A DNA stretch of 64,000 nucleotides from positions 20,920,477 to 20,984,476 of the forward strand of contig CM119270.1 in assembly GCA_051294375.1 (NCBI GenBank), read 5' to 3'. Positions 35,675 to 49,621 of this stretch are shown piece after piece. The stretch comes from Paraspadella gotoi. Its lineage: Eukaryota; Animalia; Chaetognatha. Both the position numbers and the translations under genes were made by a program. The first letter of the stretch is position 1. Each line of letters starts with the position of its first letter. A model generated the notes under the pieces. It searched no databases. It saw only the letters and a list, made by a program, of their open reading frames with translations, and was not told the origin of the DNA.

Positions 35675-38600
35675 TGTGACGGAACAACCACAACACGCAA
35701 CCTCCGGGTCAAACCATTGACCTTACTTTAACCTTACCCTCGCATCGTTTTCCCCCAGTCCTTATGGTCAAACCTGACCTTGTAATACCATTGTTATAGA
35801 CTTAGCATCTGAGCCTTTTCATTGTCTATCGTTACTATTTACTTGTTGAAGAATAAATCATTCTTACTCTGAAAACTTGTTCCGTCCACACGTGGTGAGC
35901 CCGTGAAAAACCAAACAACAAAAAAAAAACAAAAAAAAACAAAAACAAAAAACTCTCTCAATTCATTACCTCTTCTCTCTCCTTGGATGTCACGCCGTAC
36001 CGAGCATCTTTCGTCCTCCATCGCCTCGCGACGAAGAGAAGAGACATATGCAGTAACGACGCGCAATGCCTCTCATGTCCGACGGCGCGGCCACGACGAA
36101 CAGCGTTCCACGACGCCGCCCCCTCCCACATCCCACAACATCTCTCGAAAAATAAAATTGAAAAAAACTTTTTTCAACATGTTTGTACGACTAGGGTGAA
36201 TGAAAAACCTCCGCCTCAATCACTGAGAGACCTAATCCTCCGTTCAGCCCGACGCAAGCACCGCGTCAACGGAATTTGCCTCCCAGCGCGGTAAGACAAT
36301 GGCGCCGGCGACGCCGCCCGGCCCCTCGCCCTCCATCCGACGCCCCTACAAGAAGACGGAATCCAAAACTCGACGTTCTTTTTGTACCCCGACACATGAA
36401 GAGTGTTCGGACCACACCTCCGTGGAATTCGGCGCCACCGGCGAGTTGTCACCTAATCCGGCGGAGAGAAGAAGGCGCAAATTCTCAGTTGCCGATTCCC
36501 CAATCTCACGCCACCGGCTAAGATCCTCAAACCGCCGCTTGCGCCAAATTGTACGCAAAGAGGTCCAACGATCCCAGCAGCCAACCCTCGGGTCCGCCCA
36601 TCTGAAAACGACAGATATATGGCTGAAGATGCCAACAAGGCGCGACTGCAAAGGCACAAGTTTGAAGATGACGTCATTCGACAACGGTAGCGTCACTCCT
36701 TCTTCAACACCTTTCGTGCCAAATCTGACGCCGTTCCTCGAAGGCCTCACCGGATCGACAACATATCAAAGGCCGCCATCTGGCTGCCTCCCTCCTCAGA
36801 GCGTGAGAGAACACGCCGTCGGGAGGGACAAAGAAGTGCCCGTCGACATTCGCCAAAGACGCTGAACGCACGTTTTCCTTCGCTTAACTGTGTCAGACTC
36901 CGCAGCACCGTGACTCGTGTCGCGCGCTCCACACATCCGGTACGCCGTTTCATCCTCCATCGAGCGTCACAGGTGGACGACGCCACTGGAAACGGGCGCC
37001 AATGAATCAACTGACGCCGACGATGCCTCTTTCTCTTACGCTAACCGCAGGTCCGAACGACCGCCGCCAAGCGCGCTGCATCGCAACCGCTCCATTTTCT
37101 CTAGCAAGCACGGCAACCGGCCACGCCAGCGCACGCCTAGCAAACAGCGACCGCACCAATCTTGACGCCCCCGATCCCCTCAGTCACCGCGAACCGCCTA
37201 TGGGTGAATCCAAGTGTTCCTCATTTCACTTAACAACGGCACCAACGACTTTCCAAAATGGGCCATGCGACACTAGACCGAGATGGCCGACCATGCCCAG
37301 ACTGGCGCCGTCAAACCGCCAACGCCGGCCGCGCTAGTCGCCATCGGCGAGTCGACCCGGCCAAAACTCGACTCTAAACTCCTTTCTCCCGTGCGCGCGA
37401 TCCCGGACGCCGGCCTGTGAGTGGCGGTCGTCGGACGGTGCTGCTCGGGAGGCGACTCTCATACCCGCCTCTGCCAGCTGACCGCCGCTTCCGACGTAAA
37501 TGCAAAATCCTGCCGCCCGTCGAAAGGCGCACGGCCGACGCTACCCGCCGCCGACCAACGCTCCCGCCACTCGTCAGCTCTTAGCTGCAAGTCGAACACG
37601 AGATCCGAATCGAACTTATTTTGAGACATTCGAGAACTGGATGGGCATTGCGACTTGGGTGTGAAAACCGCTGCTGTTTCTTAACCATATTCTCGTCGAT
37701 TAACATTGCGACGTCGCCAACGCTCCCTATTCTCGGGCGCCGACCTTCCTGATGGCAGAATCTCGTATGGCGCCGCAATCACCAACGCCGTATCCCTTCG
37801 CCATCGACCTCGAATAGCGAACTATATGGTATCATCTGGCGTGGCATAATTTGCCACACGGACTCCGCCTCAGCCACGTGAGTGCCGCGTCCTCCCGTGT
37901 TTTACTACCGTCGCGATGGCCTAACTTCCGTGTCGCTTCATTGGACGAATAGGCCGACCGGAGAACTTGACGAGAACTTGCGTTCTTATAAGAACTCGGG
38001 CGACCGCCGCACGGCATGGCGTACAAGATCACTCAGCAAGAGTACACCCCGAACGAAGGTCCGCCCGTCTATCGCGCCGCGCCTCGCACGAGCCTCGCCC
38101 AACATCGCTACCGTGCAAGACGTGCCAGCTGCCGATAAGGCCGAGGTTCCAGAAGATGTGGAAACTCCGAGATCATCCGCTGCGCTGCAACACTTCGCGA
38201 ATACTTAGCAGTCTTCCGGGCACGTGTCGACCGCGTTGCCACGTCACTCGGAAAAAGATGACCCAGACGGCGCTATGCATCTCTCGACCAGGAGTCTTCA
38301 CACAAATATCCTACACACTGCGGCGACTACCGGCGGCCTCAGTATGGGGCGGTCACGGTTCGCGCGATGCACCGCTACTTCCGGTACATTCCGCCATCTG
38401 ATGCGACTTTAACGCCGACGTTCGCCGGAAGACGCGTTGTTCTCAACAGATCGACTATGATGGCAAAGGGTATCCATGCAGATGCCCTGTTAGCAACCAA
38501 GGAAGATTCGTCATAAAACGGCCTCAATCACTCACGCGTTTGCGACCTTTACGAGTTTGCTCTGCCACTTCGGCTGGAAGAATGCTGGCCAGGACTTCAG

Positions 38601-39098
38601 GCATGATGGATCAAGGTCCTTGTGATGCTCGGTGCATTTACCCCGACAGATCTTTCGTTTATTGTAGACGACTCTCGCCTCGGTCGTCATCTCCACTCTC
38701 GCCATGTAAGGTAAACACCAGAGGACCTCAAGACGTGGTCCTGCAACGCCCTCGCGAGCAACCGAGGGCCTCAGTCGTCAATCGCGACCTAAGTCGCGTC
38801 TTCGGACGCCTCCAGCCTGGAGTGTCCTGCTACACCGTCGACAAAGATGGCCGTCCAGCCCTCCTTTTCCGGCCAAAAGTAGTAGCCCGCTGTCGCTGTG
38901 AAATGCAACGCCTATTCCGTTAAGGAACTGCAAACGCTTCCGTCGGAGGTTTTTAATTTATTACCGCGTATTCCAGTCCTACACGCCGCCGACTATCTCG
39001 AATCCGCTCCTTGAAGAATTTAACTTCCGCGGAAAACCGCGCGTAGGCGCTCAAGGTGGAGAGGCGCCACAAGACGCCGCGTACTCGTCCCTTTCACC
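35675..39098 (+). mobile_element. Ty3/Gypsy LTR retrotransposon (CsRn1-like): 5' LTR, gag region and RT, cut by a gap
   Basis: LTR 35675-35890 (TGTGACGG...CCGTCCACA, AATAAA at 35852) followed by PBS-like TGGTGAGCCCG. Frameshifted RT motifs occur in the correct order: CGDYRR (38319), HKTA, LYEF, FG-x-KNAGQ (38569), MDQ, FVY(V)DD (~38654-38672), VLQR..VVN..VFG. Confidence 0.85.
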
Positions 39099-39123
39099 NN
39101 NNNNNNNNNNNNNNNNNNNNNNN

Positions 39124-39555
39124 TCTTCTTTCTTTCTCAACAAGATGTAAGTTTGTCTTTTTACTTTGACTTTCGTCTTATACATGATCCTTTGTCTTAG
39201 TTTATCTTCGTAATTAATTAATTTTAATTTTAATTTTAATTTTTGATATTGAAATAATAAGAGACCATTTGAGAGAGAAATCAATAGATCGACATAATAC
39301 AGAGAGAGAGTGGATGACAGTAAAATAAAAAATAAGAATGAGATAAGGAAAAAAAAAATTAGTATAAAGAATGTAGTCGGGCATTTCACATTCAGTCGTG
39401 ACCCGGTGAGTAATCTCATCAACTCATGACAATTAGGTACCGAAATCGATCACAAATGGTGCCTACCCTGCGGGAAGCGTGAGGACGGACGTAAACCCCC
39501 TTAGGGGGCCTGGAAAACGCTCAGGCCTGAATCCAAGCCCAGGACCCGTTCCATG
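39124..39555 (+). repeat. Direct duplicate of 28266-28722 (variant haplotype) including a SINE-like family copy
   Basis: The start tcttctttctttctcaacaagatgtaag is identical, with substitutions and indels thereafter. Confidence 0.85.
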
Positions 39556-40424
39556 GCTGCTAGAGGGATTTAGGAAGTAGCGGATTGCACAAGCACGAAA
39601 CATTAACAGTCTGTTCCTTATCCCTTTCTTTCAGTCATTCCTCGATGCCGAGGAAACGTGGATCGTCTGACATGTACTCAGTCTGTATCGCGGAATGCAA
39701 AGTCGCACTGGGAAGTTATGAACAATGTCATGTCCCATGCTCCCGGGTAAGTCATGTCATGTCCCATGCTCCCGAGTAAGTCATGTCATGTCGATATTAA
39801 CTTCATTGATTAAAAAAAAACAGTAACGGTAACAGCGTAAAAAGACCGGAACGCGGTAAACAAATAAAAACTACACTGATAACAAAAATATAGTAAAAAA
39901 ATCTAAAATCAAAACTTATAACATTACTAAAATGTTAAAAAAAACTTCATAGAAAAAACTGTAAAAGCAAAAGTCAGTTACAAATTTAAAAAAAAAATGT
40001 TTAAAAAGTCAAATGCAAAAAAAGTCAAAGGATTAAAACGTTCAAAACGTTAAAAAAATTAAAAACAAAAATGTCATGTATAAAAAGGAAATAAACGTTA
40101 ATAAAATGTTGAACTTAATATTTGAAACAAAAGATAAAAACAAAAGAAAACGTTAAAGAGGACGTTTATTTCTTTAAATTTTTTAATTCTTTAAATTTCT
40201 TTAATTTTTTTTTTATTAATACCAAAAAACAGTATGACAAAACTCAGAAACAGCTATCAGTGTAAAAATATTAGAAAACGGTAAACAAGTAAAAACTAAA
40301 CCATATTTCTTAAAATTTTTTTTTATTAATACCAAAAACAGTATTTATAAAATCAGAAACAGTAGCAGTGTAAAATACTAATACTAAAATATTTTGTTAT
40401 ATATATTTTTTTTATTAAAATCAA

Positions 40425-40655
40425 ATGACAGAAAACGACATAATGACACAATGACATAAATGACATAAAATGACGTAAATGACGTTATGACGTAATGACT
40501 AAAGGACTAAACATGACTAAACATGACCCAGACAATAAGCATTGGACATTTGACTTAAAATGATATAAAATGACGTAAAAAAAGTAATGACATAATGATG
40601 TAATTACTAAATGACTAAACGTGACTAAAATGACATAATGACATATTGACTAAAA
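40425..40655. repeat. Degenerate 8-10-bp tandem repeat (atgacataa/atgactaaa)
   Basis: About 20 units containing tgac. Confidence 0.7.
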
Positions 40656-42929
40656 AATATTCTGTTGTTAATATTTTAAGTATTTTAACGACAAAAAAAT
40701 TAATTTTCTTGTTTTCAAAGTAAGCAATCGTTGCTGTATAAAATTTAGCGCGTAAAATCAATCTATAAAAACAATTATGACAACAAAATCAAAATATACT
40801 AAGTATGTACAACCAATATAAAATATTAAAGTAACGCAATAAATAAGCTATCTTGTCCATAACTTTACCCACACTGTGTTATATGTATTCAAACTGAATT
40901 TCTACAATATGCAAACGAGATTTAGGAGCTCTGTAGTCGTATACCGCTATATATTTACAGAAATTGCCAGAAACGATAAGTGATTTGTAACGCGAGAAGC
41001 CTTACAGTAACTTTACTGGGAGCCGACAACAAGTGTTTTGTAAAAATGAAAAATGTATATGCTGATTGTTCTTCTGTCAATTTTTTTCTTCTTTAAGTTC
41101 GCGACTGTGAAACGGAGTCTGAAGCGAAGCGCCTCTAGCGACGAAATGCTCAACGAAGACGAATATCAAAACAAAAGGTCGGAAATCATCAGGAAAATCC
41201 AAAACTTATTGAACGCTCTCTATTGATTTAGCTCAACTTTATTGTCACATTTCGGACGAAGTAACTTTCCAAAAAAAAAAGAAGAAAAAGTCACTCAATT
41301 TGTACGGACAATTATGTATCAATTACTTCGAATCGTTCTGTATTTTTTAGCTTTTCCAATGTAGCTAAATTTACGATAACGCGAAATTATATATAAATTT
41401 GTCTTTGCGAATACACAGGTCCCTGCCCGTTTCTTTTATGACGCATTAATTATAATTTTTGGTAATATTTTCTCTTTAAACATAGCGAGAGTAGTCAAAG
41501 AAATAGTTAAATATTTGGCTAAATAAACGAGACGGCAAACGAAGAATGAAATAATGTCAAAAACTAGGTATTAAAGCTAATAAAAATAGGGTGAGGGTGA
41601 GAAAAGCTTTAAGAAGAAACGATTAAAAACCAGAAATTATTGGGTTATAAAAACTAAAATCTGACAACAGGTTTTACCCTTAATAATAACGATTATTACA
41701 TTTTTGCGGTTCGTTAGCTAAGGAGTTAGTAATGCCGAGTGGGATTTAATTTACCGTGGGAGAAATATATTAAAGAGTTTCGTGCTTTTGAGAACAAAGA
41801 GCACAATGATCATGGTTGATTAATTTTTAAGATGCAATACTAACTACTAAATACTTATTTATTTAACAAAAAAAAATTAGTAGTATTCGTTTAAAATTGG
41901 TGCAACTAATACGAAAAAAATATCCGTTGATTATTATACTTGTATTATTCATGTTTTACCATTAAAATTGAATACAGAATTTAGTTAGTTAGTTTAGTTA
42001 CAAGATAATATCGTAGCAAGATTCCGCAAGCTTTTAATCAAGCTTTTAATCAAGATTCAAGTCTANNNNNNNNNNNNNNNNNNNNNNNNNNNNNNNNNNN
42101 NNNNNNNNNNNNNNNNNNNNNNNNNNNNNNNNNNNNNNNNNNNNNNNNNNNNNNNNNNNNNNNNNNNNNNNNNNNNNNNNNNNNNNNNNNNNNNNNNNNN
42201 NNNNNNNNNNNNNNNNNNNNNNNNNNNNNNNNNNNNNNNNNNNNNNNNNNNNNNNNNNNNNNNNNNNNNNNNNNNNNNNNNNNNNNNNNNNNNNNNNNNN
42301 NNNNNNNNNNNNNNNNNNNNNNNNNNNNNNNNNNNNNNNNNNNNNNNNNNNNNNNNNNNNNNNNNNNNNNNNNNNNNNNNNNNNNNNNNNNNNNNNNNNN
42401 NNNNNNNNNNNNNNNNNNNNNNNNNNNNNNNNNNNNNNNNNNNNNNNNNNNNNNNNNNNNNNNNNNNNNNNNNNNNNNNNNNNNNNNNNNNNNNNNNNNN
42501 NNNNNNNNNNNNNNNNNNNNNNNNNNNNNNNNNNNNNNNNNNNNNNNNNNNNNNNNNNNNNNNNNNNNNNNNNNNNNNNNNNNNNNNNNNNNNNNNNNNN
42601 NNNNNNNNNNNNNNNNNNNNNNNNNNNNNNNNNNNNNNNNNNNNNNNNNNNNNNNNNNNNNNNNNNNNNNNNNNNNNNNNNNNNNNNNNNNNNNNNNNNN
42701 NNNNNNNNNNNNNNNNNNNTCTTTTCTTTTCTCTCTCTCTCCACTGCAATTTACCCAAATAATTAAACGTTAATTAAATCCTCTCCGAATTCTTCTTCTT
42801 CTTTCTCCTCCTTTTATTTTCTCCTCTCCTTTTCGCTTTTTCTCCTTCTCATTCGTCTTTTGTCTGTCGACGTCGATTATTTCGTTCGTTTGAGCGAAAA
42901 AAGACTCGAAATGACGCGAAGATCGAGAA

Positions 42930-44110
42930 GAGAAATGAAGACGACGACGATGATTGAAGACGATGAAGACGACGACGATGATGAAGACGATGAAGACGAC
43001 GACGATGATGAAGACGATGAGACGACGACGATGATGAAGACGATGAGACGACGACGATGAACGACGACGATGAAGACGACGACGATGATGAAGACGAAGA
43101 CGGTGAAGATAATGACAATGAGGACAGATGAAGACGACGACGATTTGATGAAGACGATGAAGACGACGACGATGATGAAGACGATTGAAGACGACGACGA
43201 TGATGTCGAAGACGGTGAAGATAATGACAATGAGGACGATGAAGGACGACGACGATGATGGACGAAAGACGGTGAAGATAATGACAATTAAGGACGATTT
43301 GAAGACGACGACGATGATGAAGACGAAGAAGACAATGAAAACGACGACGATGATGATGAAGACGGTGAAAATAATGACATTGAGGACGATGAAGACAACA
43401 ATGATGATTAAGACGAAGAAGACAATGAAGATGAAGACGATGATGACAAAGACGGTGAAAATAATGACAATGAGGATGATGAAGACGACAGTGAAGATGA
43501 AGACGATAATGATGACGATGATGTCGAAGACAGTGAAAATAATGACATTGAGGACGATGAAGACGACGACGATGATGAAGACGAAGAAGACAATGAAGAT
43601 GACGACAATGATGATGAAGACGGTGAAAATAAGGACAATGAAGACGATGAAGACGATGTCGATGATGAAGACGATGAAGACAATGAAGACGACGCCGATG
43701 CTGACGAAGACGGTGATGATAATGACAATAAGGATGATGAAGGTGACGACGATGATGAAGACGATGAAGACAATGAAGATGACGACGAAGATGGTGAAGA
43801 TAATAACAATGCGGATGATGAAGACGACGACGATGATGACGATGATGGTTACCATAATGTCAAGGAGGACGATGAAGATGACGACGGTTATGATGAAGAC
43901 GAAGTGGACGATGAAGACAACGATGATGATAACGAAGATGATGATGACGACGATGAAGACACGACAGTGACAATGAAGATGAAGACGACAATGAAGATGA
44001 CCACTACAATGATGACAAAAATGAAGATAACTAGAAAGAAGACGACGATGAAGACGACGGCGAAAATGAAAAAGAAGACGATGACGATGACTAAAGACGA
44101 TATTGATCCT
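42930..44110. repeat. Compound GAC/GAT/GAA array with ~90-bp higher-order period
   Basis: The marker gac(g/a)gtga(a/t)(a/g)ataa recurs at about 43361, 43451, 43528, 43618 and 43708. It generates long low-complexity ORFs on both strands. Confidence 0.85.
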
Positions 44111-45209
44111 CAAGAAGATGACAAAGACTTTTATGATGAAAAAGATTATGACATAAACTCTAAATATAATAATCATGGTGATCACAAAGGCAACGCTACG
44201 TAATAAATACATCTCAAGAAAAAAAACAACGAAAGTATCAAAATGACAACAACAAAAACCATGATCCAGGATCCAAAATTTCTTAAATGGAACCGGAACT
44301 GGATAACGAAAAAAGATGATCACTACGACAGGTTCCATAAAGTTTTGAAATTGTGTCGGCATTCGGCATAAGCATTTGGCGTCGGCTTTCGGCATCGGCA
44401 TTCGGCAAAAGGATTCGGCATCGGCATCAGTATTTGGCATTCATCATTCGTCATCTTTCCCCAACGGCATTTTTGAAAAGGGTCCACTCGGAATCAATGG
44501 GCGTAACGAAGCCTTTGGTCACGACTCCCACTGGGAGTCCCTGTGCCCAAATCCCAAATGACGAATCGGACAAATCAGGGCAGGGTTTAATCTGCCCGAC
44601 TGAGTTGAAGGCTGGATTCAAATTTGATCGAGCAGGCGCATTGCTAGTCCTGGAAGAGGAGCGGTGATGGCGGTGATAGCTGTGATAACGTTAGGTTAAA
44701 ACAGAGATGGAGGGAGATGGATCGAGAGGCCTCTATTTTGGATCAAGTCAAGTCAGGTCACTTTTCAGGTTTCTGGTCAGGCCTCGAGTCTGGCCTCTAG
44801 ATGGATCAAGTCTGGCCTCTAGTTAGGCCTCTAGTCAGTAGTCAGGTTTCTGGACAGTCATCTAGTCTGGCCTATGGATGGATCGAGACTGACCGACTGA
44901 CTAAAATAATCACAACCCCCACAGATAAAGTATCAAAGCAGACGTAAAATAACTGTGACAAAATCTTTGTCTTTCAAATTATATTTTTCTCTTTGTTCCT
45001 TCATCTTGTTTTGTCTTCAAATTCTGTATTTATAATAATAATATTATTGAATGAATGAGAATGAGAATGACTCGCGCAAAATGTTAATTAAGTTTTAATT
45101 CAATCATTTTCTCCTTTAAAATTAAATCTTTTCTTTTCCCTTTTTCTCTTTCTTTGTTTTCATTGTTTGCCTTTTATTTTGTCATTCTTTTCTCTCTCTC
45201 TCTCACTCG

Positions 45210-45244
<35 letters not shown>

Positions 45245-45320
45245 TTACAATAAAATACAATTAATCTTTATTTGGTTTTAATCCGAAGAAAGACTCGAGA
45301 GCCGAAGAATCATCATCATT

Positions 45321-45351
<31 letters not shown>

Positions 45352-46394
45352 ACGTATTATGGCTCCAGGGCCTAAAGAAGACTTTTTCGCTTTTTGCCCT
45401 GGAGTCTGTCCTCGTTGTCTTTGTCCCTCATCCTCGTGGTCGTCGTTGTCTTCCTCCTCCTCCTCCTCCTCCTTTAAACTTTGGCCCCCAGGAGCTGCTC
45501 ATCCTCTTCCCCCTCCTTACCCCTGAGGGCCTTCATCCTCGAACTCACCTCTTTTCCTTCTCCTTCCCTCGAGGGATTTTTTTTCGAGGATCCGCTGGAA
45601 CGACTTACCCGCCCTCGAAGCGACGCCGCCCCCCGTTATCTCTCTGCCCCCCCCTAGAGGAATTCCAGTTTGGCGAAGCGCAATTATCGATCCCCAGTTT
45701 CGGCCATTTAAAAAAATGCCGCCATTTTGTTGGTGGGATAGGAAAGCGTTTATGCACAGTGGAATCTTGTGGAGGGTGAAGAGCGAGAAAAGCGTGAGTG
45801 CACAGTGAAATCTTTCGAAATGAAAAAAAGAAAAACGAGAAAAGCGTTCGTGCACATTTTTATTATCTTACGAAGGATTAAAGAGAAAGAAAAGAGTTTA
45901 TTTATAACAATAAAATTGTGAGAAATAAAAAAAAAACTTTATTCACAAATGAGTTTTGCAGGAGGAAATAAAATGTGTTTGTGCACAGTAGATTCTTTTG
46001 GATGGAGAAACAAGAAAATTAGTTATTTACAGTAAAACTGGAAAAGGGAAGACAAAGGAAATTACCTGTACAAGGGAAAATATTAATGCGCAAATTGAAT
46101 AATATAAAAATAATTGGGAACAAACTGTTTTTAAACGATCTTTTACGTTTAAACAATTTTAAACTAATTGTGATAAATGGCATATCTTTCACAAATAATA
46201 CAATTAAACTTACAATATATTCTAGTAGTTAGCTATCTTAGATTTATGCAATCAACTTATCTTTTCCTATCAATATCGCCACTTGCCACTTATCTGTGCG
46301 GGGGTGATCTGGCCAGGAGACCAAGTGGAAAAAGTAAGGAAAGGTAAGGCTCGTGTCTTTTTCTCTCTCTGAGATATTATCAAGAACGTTAAGA

Positions 46395-46435
<41 letters not shown>

Positions 46436-48125
46436 AGTCGAGACGAGCGACTTACCCTGGGGCTTCCTTCAACTCCCCTCNNNNNNNNNNCGTCACACGA
46501 GAAAAAAAAAGGCTGACAGGAAAATGAGGGGTCATCATACAAAACGAAGCTCAATTTCGCTTTTGTCAAACTTTTACTTCTTCTCCCTCCTCCTCCCTTT
46601 CCTCCCCCTTCTTCCCTCCCTCTTCTTCCCCCTTCCTCCCCCTTTCTCTTCCCTTTTCCTCCCCACTTCCTCTCCCCTTCTTCCCCTCCTTCCTCCCCCT
46701 CCCTCCCCGCTTCCTCCCCTTAAAATTACCGGGGAGTGCGTTGAAATGGCGGCACAAATTACAGGGTTGCCCAAATTTGATTTTCGCAATCGTTTAAAAA
46801 GAGTGTTTTTTTTTTTTTTTCCAATATTTTCAATACTATATGCAAATTGCATATGAAATTCGTACAACCAATATGAAATTATCCATTCCTTTATTAAATA
46901 AGCTATCCTGCCCCTAATTTGGATAGACTTTGGTGGTTTAAGGCCTCCACGCCAATATTTTATGATGCATAATGAAAATGCTTGAAATAAGTCAGATTCC
47001 ATTTGGAAAATCTTTGGATGCAATCGATGGGAAAGTAATCGTGAACATCGTCGCTTGTTTGGTTATCATGACTTTATAACTATGTTTAACAAACGTAGAA
47101 AGACTTTTATTTCTAAGATTTTTTCCTTAAAAAAATTCCATTCTTAAGGGTTTGATTCCCTTTTTTACGACATGAAAACAATTTTAAATATTGTTTACTG
47201 TCACTACTTTATTATCATTATTATTTTCCCTCTCTCCCCCTTTTTTTAAACTCATTTTGCAGACTTATGTATGTATGTTTTGTTTGTTTTCTGTACTGAA
47301 TCAACCTTGTTGCATTCGAATAAAACGCTTATTTTCAGTTAGATTTGCTGGGTCTATTTTTTTCTCCGGAGTTCTAATTAAGTCTCAGCAGTTCTAATCA
47401 AGTCTTAGGATTACTCTTAAGGCTTTTTCCTCTTTTTACATCGGATTTAACTAAGTACTAACTAGGTACTGAGTTACTCTTATAGCCTAAGTAAATTTTA
47501 TAGAATCTCGACCTCTTTCTTCGTCCTTTGGGTTTTACCAAGAATACAGAATAAACAGGTGTCTTCTGTATTCCATTGTTTATTTTAACCGCCCAAAAAT
47601 TAATAAATAAACTCGATTAATTATTAAATTCTTAGCGTCGACCGAAAAAGAAGTTTAAAACCGAGGTTCACAGTCTCTGAGTCACCGAGTCTCAAGTCTC
47701 AAGTCTCAGGTTTGAATATGAGATCTAATGATAAAAGTGTCATATCAAATAATCTATGATCGCTGGGTGGTGTCACTTTTGCCCTGTATAAATAGTTTGT
47801 TTTCTGGAAGACTCCACTAATGGATTTTCACAACAACTGTGACGATGACGACGATGACGACGACGACGTTGACGACTCTCTCTCTCTCTCTCCACTCTCT
47901 CTCTCACTCTCCCTATCTCCCCTCTCTCTCTCACTCTCTCTCTCACTCTCTCTCTCTCTCCCCTAAATCGGACGCCCTCTCTCATTCTCCTGAATCAAAA
48001 TTTGGAAAAAAAATCTCTTTGAAAAGTTTTCATTATTTTAACGAAAGATTAACTGAATTAATCACCGAACAAAGATAATTTCTCTCTCTCTCTCTCTCTC
48101 NNNNNNNNNNNNNNNNNNNNNNNNN

Positions 48126-48156
<31 letters not shown>

Positions 48157-48245
48157 TCTGCTCTCTCTCTCTCTTCTCTCTCTCTTTATTCTGTCATCGT
48201 CTCAGGCTAAGCTGCAAAGAAACGAGTTTTATCTCCTCTCTCTTC

Positions 48246-48279
<34 letters not shown>

Positions 48280-48281
48280 TC

Positions 48282-48316
<35 letters not shown>

Positions 48317-48541
48317 GTCCCTTTAATTCTACCCTGGGTCTGAGGCCACTTTTTCGACAAAACGTTGCTAAACGATTTCCAGCAAAGACGACGACGACGA
48401 CGACGCAAGACGACGACGCACGACGAACGAAGACGACGACGACGACGAATATTCGGTTCCGCGTCGATGATGAGTCTTCGTTGATGCGAGAAGCCAAAAG
48501 GCCCCGGCACTCCTCTCTCTCTTCCTCTCTCTCTCTCTCGT

Positions 48542-48572
<31 letters not shown>

Positions 48573-48812
48573 TCTCTCTGACTTTTCCCTCGGGACCAAA
48601 ATCGGCATAAATCCGGTTTTTTTCAATTCACTACCAGAATCGAAAGACGGAATAGGTTGAGGTTTTCTCAATCACAAAATTATATCACAAGATTTGAGTC
48701 ATCTCTAGATAATGTAAGTAGTGAATGATCTCTGAATAATTATTGTTAAAGTTTGTCTCGTAAGAAGCAATTGTGCTGGCAAATTTCTATAATCTTGCTC
48801 CTGACTTTGGAC

Positions 48813-49450
48813 TGGCCATTTCAGAGTGATGTGAAAATGATAAAATTTTAGAAAATTAAAATTTAGCATATAAAGACATGAACATAAAAACCAATAAAAA
48901 TATTTGGTAAATTTATTTTTTAATTTTATAATTAGTGGGCACCAATGAGCTATATTTATATATAGTAATAAGTATATAATAGGCTAAATTTCAAAATATA
49001 AATCTTTTAAATTTTAAGAATCGAATTTGGATTCCTTGCAAAAAGTTATTATAAGAAAGTACAATTCTTTTTTAAAAAATTCTTTCATTAAGTTAGTCCA
49101 AAATGTAAAAAACTATATTTAAGACGCCAAATTTAAATTTTCCAGCTTAAAAATATAGTTTTTTGTAATTTTAACCTACTTAATGACATAAATTTTTAAA
49201 AAAGAATTTATATTTTCTTTTACTAACTTTTAAACGAGGAATCTGGATCTGTTCTCAGAATTTAAAAAAAACCATTTTGAAATTTTGACATTATATAAGG
49301 GTAGTACTATATACAAAAATAAGCTGACTGGGCTACTATATTTATAAAAAAAGAAAAATAATTACAGATTAGTATTCACTAATATGATAGTTTTCAAGAT
49401 ATATAACTGCTAAATTTTGATTCCAAACTTTCACTTCACCTAACTGGCCA
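48813..49450. mobile_element. Foldback/MITE element, palindromic over most of its ~640 bp
   Basis: Left end tggccatttcagagtgatgtgaaa versus right-end reverse complement tggccagttaggtgaagtgaaa. The arms stay complementary to the centre (aaaaaactatatttaag 49107-49123 / cttaaaaatatagtttttt 49146-49164). Confidence 0.75.
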
Positions 49451-49621
49451 TGATCGCTAAAGACCTTCCATCCCTTTTACAAGATAAAATAACAGCAGGA
49501 CCCTGCTAGCTTTCTAGACAAGACTCTAAGACTGCTAGAGTGTAGTATTAACACTCAGAGCTCTCCCATCAATGAAAATTGTATAATATTTCAATGACCT
49601 GTTCAAATGTGGCAGAAATTA

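Noticed and set aside
42770-44440. 556-aa hydrophobic ORF on the minus strand
   Set aside because: It is the antisense reading of the GAC/GAT/GAA array, with no domain features.
44440-44700. Possible coding or retroelement fragment after the acidic array
   Set aside because: Complex sequence, but no motif I can recognise in any frame.
45272-45810. GC-richer patch with short ORFs, including an internal FRPF
   Set aside because: No recognisable domain, FRPF is not terminal, and no consistent exon structure.
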